Virus record (IMG/VR): IMGVR_UViG_3300025319_000005
Coordinates: 124,001-188,000 of that record
Direction: 5' to 3' (one strand)
Length of the DNA: 64,000 nt
Part shown: one piece after another, positions 19,266 through 28,781 of the stretch
How positions within the stretch are numbered: the first letter of the stretch is position 1
How the letters are laid out: each line of letters starts with the position of its first letter
Program-made: the position numbers and the translations under genes
Notes under the pieces: model-generated
What the model was told of the DNA's origin: nothing
The model's database searches: none
What the model saw: only the letters and a program-made list of their open reading frames with translations

Positions 19266-19697
19266 ATGTTTGAAATGGCTGAAGAAAAATTTGATACATC
19301 AGGAAGACTAATCAAACATATTGAACCGGTTACTGGAATAATATATGAATACGAATATTTAGAAGATAGCTCAAGAATAATTACAATTACAAATGAAAGT
19401 AATAAATCAAATTTTAAGACTATAAAAAAACAAAAATTCGAAGATGGAAATTATATTGATGTGGAGGCTAATGAATTTGGAGATACATACAATATTTTAA
19501 AGAGATTTAATAAAGACAATAAAGAAAATTATTATGAACGGACAAATATAAAAACAGGAAAAATATTTAAGAAAAAAAGCATCTGGAAAGAAGGAAAAGT
19601 ATACCTTTGGACAACAGAATATGATGGAGAAACGAAAAAAATAGGTTTCCGAATGACACAAAATATAATTACAGGACTTACAAACAATAATGTATAA
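19266..19697 (+). CDS. hypothetical protein
   Basis: 143-aa ORF. Confidence 0.55.
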   Translation: MFEMAEEKFDTSGRLIKHIEPVTGIIYEYEYLEDSSRIITITNESNKSNFKTIKKQKFEDGNYIDVEANEFGDTYNILKRFNKDNKENYYERTNIKTGKIFKKKSIWKEGKVYLWTTEYDGETKKIGFRMTQNIITGLTNNNV

Positions 19698-19936
19698 TGG
19701 AAGAAAACACAATCAAAACAGAAAAAAAAGAAGATTCAGTATTTGAGATAGATTCTTTAGTAGCTGAAACTTATAATGAAATTGTAAAATGGCACAATGA
19801 AGAACCAACCAAAGAGGGATTAAAGCAATTATCATTAGAAATTGTTGAGAAAATTGCCGGAGCTACTTTAAGCCACGTTGGTTTAAAAGGGAATCTTTCT
19901 ATTTTTAAAGGAGAAGAGGCAAAGAAGGCAAAATAA
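19697..19936 (+). CDS. hypothetical protein
   Basis: 79 aa, start overlaps the upstream stop. Confidence 0.55.
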   Translation: MEENTIKTEKKEDSVFEIDSLVAETYNEIVKWHNEEPTKEGLKQLSLEIVEKIAGATLSHVGLKGNLSIFKGEEAKKAK

Positions 19937-20728
19937 TTATTTCTTAAACAATCCAACTAACAAATTGTAGGATAGTCCGACGCCAATGTACGGTCCAAAA
20001 GTTAAATTTTGTTTACCATAAACGATTCCATATCCAAGTTGTGCACTGAGTGAAAAATTGTTTTGTTTTTCAGGATTTAAAATGGCTCCCTCTAATTTTC
20101 CCACATGTACATTGGGATTTTTGGGAGTAACAAAAATCTCCTTAAACCCTGTCTTTTTATTTTTAGCAACACCAACGACAAAATCCATCCTCAATTCATC
20201 TTGTAAAATACTAGTGGTTCCAGGCAAAATATCCAAAGTATATGTTTTGTTATCACCGAATATATTTGCTTTTGCATTAAAAGAGCTTTTTCCTTTTAGT
20301 ATTCTGGAGCTATCTGCATTTATAAAATCCCAATTAAGGTCATAATTTCCATTTCCTTTATCAGAAAGTAAATTTTTAGAAGTAATAGTATCTCCAACAT
20401 AAATGACTTGAGTTTTAATTATAATCTCCGGCCTTCTATTTTTAAGGTCTTTAATTTCCTTTGCTAAATCTTCGCTGTATTTTTGAATATCTTTTACTTT
20501 TCCTTCAAAAGCAACAATAGAAGTTTGATAAAAACCACTTTTATTTTTTTCTATAGTCAATTCATTCTTTGATGCCTCTGCATTTTGAATAGCAAGTGCT
20601 TTTTGTTCTTTTAAATCACCACAAGATTTAAAATTCAGTAATATTAAAATTACTACCGCTGCAGTTAATATGAATATAAACAAATTTTTATTTGCAAATA
20701 ATTTACTAAATAAATCTAATATTTTCAT
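19937..20728 (-). CDS. membrane/lipoprotein, possible spanin-like lysis protein
   Basis: N-terminal TM ending NFKSC, coiled coil, C-terminal amphipathic strands GYG..GPYIGVGLSY. Confidence 0.45.
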   Translation of the reverse strand: MKILDLFSKLFANKNLFIFILTAAVVILILLNFKSCGDLKEQKALAIQNAEASKNELTIEKNKSGFYQTSIVAFEGKVKDIQKYSEDLAKEIKDLKNRRPEIIIKTQVIYVGDTITSKNLLSDKGNGNYDLNWDFINADSSRILKGKSSFNAKANIFGDNKTYTLDILPGTTSILQDELRMDFVVGVAKNKKTGFKEIFVTPKNPNVHVGKLEGAILNPEKQNNFSLSAQLGYGIVYGKQNLTFGPYIGVGLSYNLLVGLFKK

Positions 20729-23310
20729 TGTTTTTTTGTTTTTAATTTATATGCCTCAAGTAGTTTTTTTGATATTATTTTTCTAATAACATAACTTTCT
20801 TTCATTAAAACTTTTCCAAATTCTTCCCATTTAAATGCTTTAATTTCAAGCCAATCAGTTGTTTTTTTATTACCACCCATAACTTTTATTCTTGAATTAG
20901 CAATTCCGTTTATGATTTCGGGGTCAACATCCATTATGCTGTATTTATATCCTTTTTGTAATGCAAAATATCTACTGTCATTTTCTTTAACATCTCTGTC
21001 TAAGAATTCAACGAAATCACCAACTTCAATATTATATTTAGAGCTTGAGAATCCACTTATTAATTTTTCATATTCACCAAATCCAATTCTCGAGATAATT
21101 TCATCTCTGTTGATTACAATATCTTCTTTGGATTTTTCTTTAGATGTAAAATCAGTTAAAAAATCATAATATTTTCTATAAACAACTAAAGAAATATTTG
21201 AAGTATTTCCTTTAAAAGATTTTAAAGAAAATACTTCAAATATTTCTTTAGATTCTTCTATTTTTTCTTTGCTCTCACCAGCAATTTCTAACATTGTAAC
21301 ATAATCTTTCAATACTGTATATAGCATGTCTGGACTATCTGCAGAATAAGATTCTGGCTTATCTACTTTATAAAGTTTGGCGAAAAAATTAATAATAATT
21401 TTTGCTACTTGAGGGTCTCTTATATCTTCTAAATCAAATTTAATATAAGGTTTATCTGCCTCTTCTTTTCCGTACTTAGTAAGAATTCCTCTATTAAACA
21501 TTCTATAGAATTCAAATATCCCAGGAAGATGAACGCCTCTTAAAATATTATATTTAGTAACATGAGACGGGTCATCATAATATCTTATAAATCTTTCTTT
21601 TTCAGCCTTTAAATTTCTTTGTATTTCTTGAGGATTTGATTCCTTAAATAAAAGTCTTAAAAAATTTATTTCTTTTCTTTCTGAATCTCCTTCAATTTTT
21701 GATTTTATAAATTCTTCATTTTTTTTAAGTAAATCTCTTCTTTCTTTTTGAGGTAATAAAGAAAGTTGGTCACCCAATTCAAATTCAGCATCAGATTCAG
21801 TTCTTGTTCCATCTGGAGCTACTTTTACATCTTTTTTCTGTGCTATGATTTTTCCTTCCGGAGTCTTTCTTAAAAATTTATGTTTATCAGATTTTGGCAT
21901 TTCTAAAAAACTCATCATTTTGTTGATACCAACAGTTCCTCCACCAAACGCATCAGACATAACTGGGAAATAATTATCTAATATAGATTTAAAAATTTCT
22001 TTATATGATTTAGCTTCTTTAGAATTAACATTAGAAAGTTTCTTTAACAATTTTTCAAAATCATCTTTCTTTGTTGTAATATAATTTTGTAAATTAACAT
22101 GCTCAAACATTTTTTTAAAATCTTCTGCAGGTAAAAAATCTAATAAAAAATTAACTTTAGAAAGAATTAAATTTGGTTTTCTCTTTGATAGTTCGGGTAT
22201 ATGAATAGAGAGCTCTTGAAGTGATTGATTAAATGTTATTGATTTAGAGTAACTATCAATATTTTCAATGAATTTCTCTGGACCAAATTTCTTTAATGCT
22301 TCCAATGCATCTAAACTTCTGTTTTCGAACCATTCTTTTCCTTCTTTATTCGATATTATATATGGTTTACTATTTTCTACAAAATCTGGCCTTAACAAAT
22401 CCAATCTATTAAAAATATCAAATTTTTTATTATCAAATGCCCAAGAAAAAGTATATGAGTCAGTTGTTTTCTCTATTGTTTGTTTTGCAACTGGAGTCCC
22501 TAAAAATTCAACTAATTTTTCAAACAAGTCATCCCATCCATAGAGATTGGTTCCAACCGGTTGATTTCCAACTTGCTTACTTTCAACCATAATTTTTGTA
22601 GTAGTAACTATAGATAAAGACATTAATGTACTAATTGGAACTTTTGTTCCTTTTTCCGGTCCAAGTAAAGTATAAGTAGTTCTGCTATATTTTCTATGTT
22701 CATCATGCATCATACCATTATGCTTGCTTTGGCAGCCAACTCCAAAAGCTTTATTTGCATCGCAGAGTCTGTCAAAAAATTCACCCGCTCTTTGCGTATC
22801 AACTTTTACCCAAACACGACCTGAGCCGTCCGGTATTGTGTAAACTCTTTTAACAAGACCTTCTTCTTCAACTTTTGTTATGGGTGGTTCTGGAAATTCT
22901 TCTGCGGTCTTTTGAGAAATTTCTTTTTTATTTTTTTCTTCTATTTTTTTCTTTGAAAATTCGTAAGCTGTATTTAAGTCCATTTTTGGTAAATTACCTT
23001 CACTTCCGGCAATTTTAAACCAGGACATAACTGTGACCAATTTTTCTATATCTCCTGTTCCAAAATTCTCAATACCTCCCAAAACAGTAATTTGTTCAAT
23101 AATCCACTTTACCATTTTTTTATTAATGACAGCTACATTTTGTTCGCCACCAAACGCTCTGAAATATATATGTTCTACAAAATCAAGAATTCTTTCATCG
23201 GTTTTAGGCAATCCTTTAGCTCCAATTAAAAAATCTTTTTTCCAGTCAGCACTAACTTCTGTAATTAATCCACACTCAATAAGAAATGGTTTTATGCTTG
23301 GTTTTTTCAT
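20725..23310 (-). CDS. large putative virion-associated protein
   Basis: 861 aa; TATTTA upstream; C-terminal MKESYVIRKIISKKLLE motif. Confidence 0.6.
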   Translation of the reverse strand: MKKPSIKPFLIECGLITEVSADWKKDFLIGAKGLPKTDERILDFVEHIYFRAFGGEQNVAVINKKMVKWIIEQITVLGGIENFGTGDIEKLVTVMSWFKIAGSEGNLPKMDLNTAYEFSKKKIEEKNKKEISQKTAEEFPEPPITKVEEEGLVKRVYTIPDGSGRVWVKVDTQRAGEFFDRLCDANKAFGVGCQSKHNGMMHDEHRKYSRTTYTLLGPEKGTKVPISTLMSLSIVTTTKIMVESKQVGNQPVGTNLYGWDDLFEKLVEFLGTPVAKQTIEKTTDSYTFSWAFDNKKFDIFNRLDLLRPDFVENSKPYIISNKEGKEWFENRSLDALEALKKFGPEKFIENIDSYSKSITFNQSLQELSIHIPELSKRKPNLILSKVNFLLDFLPAEDFKKMFEHVNLQNYITTKKDDFEKLLKKLSNVNSKEAKSYKEIFKSILDNYFPVMSDAFGGGTVGINKMMSFLEMPKSDKHKFLRKTPEGKIIAQKKDVKVAPDGTRTESDAEFELGDQLSLLPQKERRDLLKKNEEFIKSKIEGDSERKEINFLRLLFKESNPQEIQRNLKAEKERFIRYYDDPSHVTKYNILRGVHLPGIFEFYRMFNRGILTKYGKEEADKPYIKFDLEDIRDPQVAKIIINFFAKLYKVDKPESYSADSPDMLYTVLKDYVTMLEIAGESKEKIEESKEIFEVFSLKSFKGNTSNISLVVYRKYYDFLTDFTSKEKSKEDIVINRDEIISRIGFGEYEKLISGFSSSKYNIEVGDFVEFLDRDVKENDSRYFALQKGYKYSIMDVDPEIINGIANSRIKVMGGNKKTTDWLEIKAFKWEEFGKVLMKESYVIRKIISKKLLEAYKLKTKKQ

Positions 23311-23356
23311 TTAAATAAAATGCTTTTCAGATAAATAGGTAAAAAAAGGATATTAT

Positions 23357-24871
23357 CTATAAAAATCCTTCGGTGGTAGCCCACCTATATTGTTCTGCAG
23401 TTAGGAAATTAGGAACTTTTTCTAAACCCTTTTTATTAGCTATCTTTGAAATGTAATAATTTTTCAAATCTTTTGAAAGCAAGTTAAAAAATCTATTAGG
23501 CATAAACGTATAAAAGTTATCTAAATATTTGTTTATGTAAAGTTTCTTTTCTCGTTCGTCAAGTTCGCTGAATTGTTCTGGTTCAATAAGATGAACTTTG
23601 TTTTTCAAGAGTCCTTTACGATAACGTTCTTTTTGTTCTGGCGTAGCCATTTCATATGCCCAAGAAGGTAGTTTTTTGCCAGAATTTGACATTTGTTCAA
23701 TGTAATAGGCCACTAACTTAGGGTCAGAGTCTAAAGCAACTGAATGAGGTAGTTCTCCACCTTTCTTTACTATATCTTTATAGTAGTAAACCTTTAGTCT
23801 GTTTTCTGCATTTTTAAAATAATAAGAAGGTAATGAGGTTGAGCTATATTTAGATAATTTTTTTTCTATAGCTTTTTGACGTTCCTCCGGTTCCATTAAC
23901 AATAAATATTTTTCAGCAATAGTCCATCCATTCTCAGCGAATATTTTTATTTGCAATTCTCTTAGTCCGGGTATTGTGTCAATTATTGTTTCTGGTATTT
24001 TTAATCCTTTTCTAATACGTTCTTCAAGTGCCGGCATAAATCTTTGAATAGCTTCTGGATTTCTTTCTGCAATAGCTCCAAGTAATGAAAGCGCAGTATC
24101 ACTTAAATCTTGACTTGTGGATAAATATTTTGCAATAGCTTCATTTAATGCATCAGCGATACTTGGATTATTTTTGAAAAATTCTCCGACATCTATCTGA
24201 CTATCATTCATGTTCATGAATTGATTCGACTCAAAATGAAACTGATATCTTCTTGTCGCATCATCTTGATTTAATTTCAATTTGTCTATAATGATGTATA
24301 ATGGACCGTCTTTTGTGTAATGTTCGTAATTATCAGGAAATCTCGTGCACCATTGACTAGTACATGCATAGAATTTCGAAGACTCGTAAGATTTAGGAAC
24401 AACAACCATCCATCTTCTGTTTTCGAAAAATAATTCTGCTTGACCGTTATTTATAAAAAATCTATCAGTTAAAAGATATGATTCATCATCTTTAACTTGA
24501 CCGGTTCCTCCAAATCTTGAATTAAGAATAAATAACTCTGGAAGTGAACTTATTTTACCAATATCCTTAGCATTTTCTGGAAGAATATTTTGTTTTTTAA
24601 GCTCATTATACATAATGAGATATTCCTTTGCTTTATATAAATCTTCTTTTCTTAATTTCCCTTTTTTGTGAAGAGAAAGTAACCACTTTGAATATTGTCC
24701 TAACTTATCTGGAATTCCTTTTTTTATAGGAGTTGTAGGGTCTGCTTTTATAATGTCGTAAAAAAAATCGAGACGAATATCTACATAGTACTTTTCGTAT
24801 ATGTCAGACACTTTTGACTCAGAGAGAATTCCAGCCAATTCCTGCAGTCTTTTTTTGAGTTTGTCGTCCAT
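23357..24871 (-). CDS. conserved phage protein with shared leader
   Basis: MDDKLKKRLQELAGILSE; SQWCT..GPLYIIIDK..YQFHFE segment. Confidence 0.6.
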   Translation of the reverse strand: MDDKLKKRLQELAGILSESKVSDIYEKYYVDIRLDFFYDIIKADPTTPIKKGIPDKLGQYSKWLLSLHKKGKLRKEDLYKAKEYLIMYNELKKQNILPENAKDIGKISSLPELFILNSRFGGTGQVKDDESYLLTDRFFINNGQAELFFENRRWMVVVPKSYESSKFYACTSQWCTRFPDNYEHYTKDGPLYIIIDKLKLNQDDATRRYQFHFESNQFMNMNDSQIDVGEFFKNNPSIADALNEAIAKYLSTSQDLSDTALSLLGAIAERNPEAIQRFMPALEERIRKGLKIPETIIDTIPGLRELQIKIFAENGWTIAEKYLLLMEPEERQKAIEKKLSKYSSTSLPSYYFKNAENRLKVYYYKDIVKKGGELPHSVALDSDPKLVAYYIEQMSNSGKKLPSWAYEMATPEQKERYRKGLLKNKVHLIEPEQFSELDEREKKLYINKYLDNFYTFMPNRFFNLLSKDLKNYYISKIANKKGLEKVPNFLTAEQYRWATTEGFL

Positions 24872-24898
24872 TTCTTTTAAATAGGAAATTAAAGAGGA

Positions 24899-24922
24899 AA
24901 GTCAGGAAAAATCCTGACTTTT
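24899..24922. terminator. hairpin / probable terminator
   Basis: AAAGTCAGGA-AAAA-TCCTGACTTT. Confidence 0.55.
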
Positions 24923-24980
24923 AACTTGATTTTTGTTGAATATTATCGTGCAACTTTCGAAAAATTCATTTTGTTTATCC

Positions 24981-25250
24981 TTATTTTCTCAATTTATAAC
25001 CTTCCATAAAACTATCCCTACTTTTACCTGTATGTCCCCAATGTGATTTATCATTTTTATTGTTAGTAAAAAATTGCCAAGTAACTATTTCATCCCCTAA
25101 TCCATTTGATTCAATTAAATGTTTAACAATCTTAATTGAGTATTTTCGGTTAGGGTTATCATATATACCAATGGGATATTTTTTTGATATAATTTCCAAT
25201 TCTTTTTTTAGTTTACTATCCATAATATTTTTTGGTTTCCTATACACCAT
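24981..25250 (-). CDS. hypothetical protein
   Basis: 89-aa ORF. Confidence 0.5.
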   Translation of the reverse strand: MVYRKPKNIMDSKLKKELEIISKKYPIGIYDNPNRKYSIKIVKHLIESNGLGDEIVTWQFFTNNKNDKSHWGHTGKSRDSFMEGYKLRK

Positions 25251-25329
25251 AAGGTTTTAACTTATAATTATAAAATTTACGAATTAAAATCCTGTCGAAT
25301 TTTTTAATACTGCGCTTAGCCGATATACA

Positions 25330-26364
25330 TTATCTAATTTCAACATTAAGACGCTCAATTGAGGTGAATTTTATATTTTCTTGGATTTCATTTATTTCTG
25401 TATTTGTTAAAGTGCGATCATTTGATTGAAAAACTATTCTATAACACTTAGATTGTTTACCTGTTTTTGGGTGAGCAAATTCATCTATTAATGAAACATT
25501 TTCTATTAAATCGCCTCCATTTTCTCTCACAATTTCACAAAAATTATTATGAGCGAAATTAGTATCTGCCCAAAATGCCAAATCTCTGGATATTGGTGGA
25601 TAACTTGAGTATTCCTTAAATTTAACTACATCTCCAGAAATAAATTGATTTATAAATCTTTCATCAGACGACCAAAAGTAACGTATGTCTGGTATTTCAA
25701 ATAAGAGGATAGACAATCTTTCCAAACCTAATCCAAAAGCAAATGCAGCTTTATTTTCTAAACCACAATTTTCCATAATTTTAGGTTGAACAACCCCTGC
25801 ACCAAGAACCTCTAACCATTTTCCCTGAAACATAACTTCAACTTCAAAAGATGGATGTGTAAAAGGAAAATAATCTTCATTGAAGCGGTATTCACAATTT
25901 GGAAAAAGAACATCAATAAGACCTTTTAATGTTTTTTTAAGTTCTTCTTCTGCGTTTTTTCCATCTTCAATTACACATACACCTTCCATTTGGTGAAAAA
26001 CCGGATAATGAGAGCTGTCAATATCATCTTTCCGATACACATCACCTGTAACTAAAAATTTTGTATGACCAGCAGTTAATAATTCATTTTGGTGAGCCGA
26101 TGTATGGGTTCGTAATATATGATTCTCATCAAAATAATAAGTATCACTCAATGAACGTGCAGGATGATCTTTTGGAATAAGTAGTTTATCAAAACAATTT
26201 TCAGTTGTAACCTTTGGATTTAAATCATCAAATTTTTTATATTCATCTCCAAAGTAATCATAGATTTTTCTTTTAATAATTTCTAAAGGATGATTTTTTT
26301 GATTGTGTAAATTTCTGCCAATTTTAGCTTGGATTCCGGGGGTAATGTTTGATTTAAATTCCAT
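25330..26364 (-). CDS. pheS: monomeric organellar (FARS2)-type phenylalanyl-tRNA synthetase
   Basis: IGRNLHNQKNHPL; LRTHTSAHQ; GDVYRKDDIDSSHYPVFHQMEG; GLGLERL..IPDIR; fused C-terminal FDX-ACB (RDLAFW..HPKTGKQSKCYRI); start reassigned to 26364. Confidence 0.93.
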   Translation of the reverse strand: MEFKSNITPGIQAKIGRNLHNQKNHPLEIIKRKIYDYFGDEYKKFDDLNPKVTTENCFDKLLIPKDHPARSLSDTYYFDENHILRTHTSAHQNELLTAGHTKFLVTGDVYRKDDIDSSHYPVFHQMEGVCVIEDGKNAEEELKKTLKGLIDVLFPNCEYRFNEDYFPFTHPSFEVEVMFQGKWLEVLGAGVVQPKIMENCGLENKAAFAFGLGLERLSILLFEIPDIRYFWSSDERFINQFISGDVVKFKEYSSYPPISRDLAFWADTNFAHNNFCEIVRENGGDLIENVSLIDEFAHPKTGKQSKCYRIVFQSNDRTLTNTEINEIQENIKFTSIERLNVEIR

Positions 26365-26451
26365 AAAATAATTGTTTAATTGTTTTTTGTACAAATTTAT
26401 AAAAATAATATTAATTAACAATATATTAAACGGAAATCTTTTTAGAATGTT

Positions 26452-27120
26452 TTAATCAAATTTCATATTCATTAGTTCTAACAATTCCTTGTCCATACTG
26501 TCAGAATATCCTGAGCTAAAAATGGCAAATTCCGTTATTAATTTTAAATATTTTGGAGACGGTTCTCCATTTGCCTTGCCCTTAGTCTGAATTGCCATTC
26601 CGGTATGAGTATCAATCTCAATTGTTACATGCGACTCATTCTTTTCGTCTCGTAAAGAAACTATTAACGAATTGCCTTGTTTCACTTTGGTAGTATATGT
26701 TCCTACGCAGTTTCTCATTGTTTCGCCTTCTGTTGCTAAATCTTCCACGTCCAAAAGAACAAAATAATGTATTCCATCACGGCATCTATATAATATTTTA
26801 TCATCCTCTTCTTTTTCTTTATTTTTAATAGTTTCATCAAATTTCATGTCGTCATGCCATACTTGTGCCAGTACATAAGCCTCCAAAAAAGATAAAGATA
26901 AGATATTTGGCTTTTCTTTTTTTGCCCAATCTATTATAAATAAAAATCCATCAAGATTATTCAGAAGAGTATCATCTTTCTTTACTTGACCTCCAATCCA
27001 AATATTAAATTTGTCAGTTCCGGATAAACGTCCGATTTCACTTATTTTTCTAACAAGCTCCTCATCAATTTTGAAGTTATCTAAGAGATATTTTTCTTTC
27101 TTTGTTAATTGCTCTGCCAT
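26452..27120 (-). CDS. PcfJ-like domain protein
   Basis: EGETMRNCVGTY..SHVTIEI..QTKGKAN. Confidence 0.7.
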   Translation of the reverse strand: MAEQLTKKEKYLLDNFKIDEELVRKISEIGRLSGTDKFNIWIGGQVKKDDTLLNNLDGFLFIIDWAKKEKPNILSLSFLEAYVLAQVWHDDMKFDETIKNKEKEEDDKILYRCRDGIHYFVLLDVEDLATEGETMRNCVGTYTTKVKQGNSLIVSLRDEKNESHVTIEIDTHTGMAIQTKGKANGEPSPKYLKLITEFAIFSSGYSDSMDKELLELMNMKFD

Positions 27121-27123
27121 AAT

Positions 27124-27840
27124 CTATTTCTTAATGTAATTCAAAATTTGCTTAGCACAATCCTCAACATTAAATTTTTGTGTATCAACAATAATCTCTG
27201 GGTTTAATGGAATTTCATAAGGTGCTGTATCGTGCACTCCTGTAAAATCCTTTATCTCCCCACTCCTCGCCTTTGCATACAACCCTTTAACGTCTCTTTG
27301 TTCACAAATACTCAAAGGTGTATTGACATATATTTCAGTAAAATCCTTACTTATACTCCTTACATAATCTCTTGCTTCAGCATATGGAGAAATAAGACTT
27401 ACGACAGGTATTATACCTTGACTTTGTAAATAAACTGCCATTTTTCCAACATCTTGATTGTGTCTTATTCTTGCAGCTTTATCAAAGCCATAATTTTTAA
27501 ATATTTCTCTGATTTCATCTCCATCCAAAAGCATGGCGGCATGACCACCTTCTTTCAGACGAGTTAAAACTTCTTTTGCTATCGTTGTTTTTCCAGAACA
27601 TGAGAGCCCGGTAAAAAATAACATGCTCGTTCTATATTTTTTCTTTGTAAGTTTATCCCACACAATATCAAACCAATAATATGTAAGTATTTTTACAATA
27701 TTTTCCACAAGGCCAAGCATTATGGAGAGTTTTATGTTTCCAGTAAGAAGAAAAGAAACAACAAATGTTACAACAAAAGAATAAATTCTGTAAATTACAG
27801 ATTTTGTCATGTGTTTTATGTTAATTATTTTCCTTAGCAT
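27124..27840 (-). CDS. cysC: adenylylsulfate kinase with N-terminal DUF2061-like membrane domain
   Basis: FTGLSCSGKTT, LLDGDEIR, ICEQRDVKGLYAKARSGEIKDFTG. Confidence 0.92.
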   Translation of the reverse strand: MLRKIINIKHMTKSVIYRIYSFVVTFVVSFLLTGNIKLSIMLGLVENIVKILTYYWFDIVWDKLTKKKYRTSMLFFTGLSCSGKTTIAKEVLTRLKEGGHAAMLLDGDEIREIFKNYGFDKAARIRHNQDVGKMAVYLQSQGIIPVVSLISPYAEARDYVRSISKDFTEIYVNTPLSICEQRDVKGLYAKARSGEIKDFTGVHDTAPYEIPLNPEIIVDTQKFNVEDCAKQILNYIKK

Positions 27841-27843
27841 TGT

Positions 27844-28110
27844 TTAAGAGTTCACTGTTATAGTTATTCTGCATTGTTGCTCATCTATTTCTTCTACCAA
27901 AAAATTTCCGGTAAGTATTTTCTTATCTTCAAATCTTTTACCATTAATCATATAGTTTTTTCTGAAACTAAATGTATTATTATCTTCGTTCATATGAAAC
28001 TCGCTCACAGTATAACAATTCATAACAACCCTCAATTTGTGTTGTATTGTAGTTCTTTTCCTTCTTTGAAATTTAGGAAAACTGAATAAAAATTGTTTTG
28101 TAGCTGGCAT
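27844..28110 (-). CDS. hypothetical protein
   Basis: 88 aa in operon. Confidence 0.55.
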   Translation of the reverse strand: MPATKQFLFSFPKFQRRKRTTIQHKLRVVMNCYTVSEFHMNEDNNTFSFRKNYMINGKRFEDKKILTGNFLVEEIDEQQCRITITVNS

Positions 28111-28682
28111 TAATTTGAGTTATTATTTTTTTCTGCTTCTATTTTTCTTTTTTTTCTCATTTGATATTGTTCACGATACTTCTTTTTAAGTTGTGGTTTT
28201 GTTAGTGGCTTTCTACCGGCACCCTTTGGTCGACCTCCTTTATTTGGAGTAGGTTCGATTACTTTAGTGGCATCTGAAACTTCCGGAGCTTCTTCGATTT
28301 TAGAAATGGGTTCAGTAACTATAAATTTAATTGAAGTACCTTCATTTTCAAGTTTGGGCTCTTTATATGGAAAATCATATATTGAGACATCTTCTTTTTG
28401 TGGTTTTGAAGTTTGTTCAAATATATCAAGAGCTTGTTCATTGACTGGGACAATAGGATATACTTGATACGAAATCATTCCAAATGGAACAGAAAAATTT
28501 TCTATGCTTTCAATATTCCCTTTTTTCCTTTGAATAATGATAGATTTTGTTTCTGTTCCAATATCATCAACGAGAATGCAGTTTCCATGAAATAATTCTA
28601 CAGTTATGCTTTGGCTGTCTGTTTTCATAACAGATACATTTACTTTAATCCCCATTGGAGATATGTTTTTTATTAGTTTCAT
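28110..28682 (-). CDS. hypothetical protein with AT-hook-like basic tail
   Basis: KGGRPKGAGRKP. Confidence 0.55.
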   Translation of the reverse strand: MKLIKNISPMGIKVNVSVMKTDSQSITVELFHGNCILVDDIGTETKSIIIQRKKGNIESIENFSVPFGMISYQVYPIVPVNEQALDIFEQTSKPQKEDVSIYDFPYKEPKLENEGTSIKFIVTEPISKIEEAPEVSDATKVIEPTPNKGGRPKGAGRKPLTKPQLKKKYREQYQMRKKRKIEAEKNNNSN

Positions 28683-28781
28683 TTGTAATTGATTTTATTA
28701 TACAAACATAACTAATTTAAAACAAAAAAGAAAGGCTCGCGATAAAAATTATGCGAACCTTTCTAATACAAAAAAATATTA

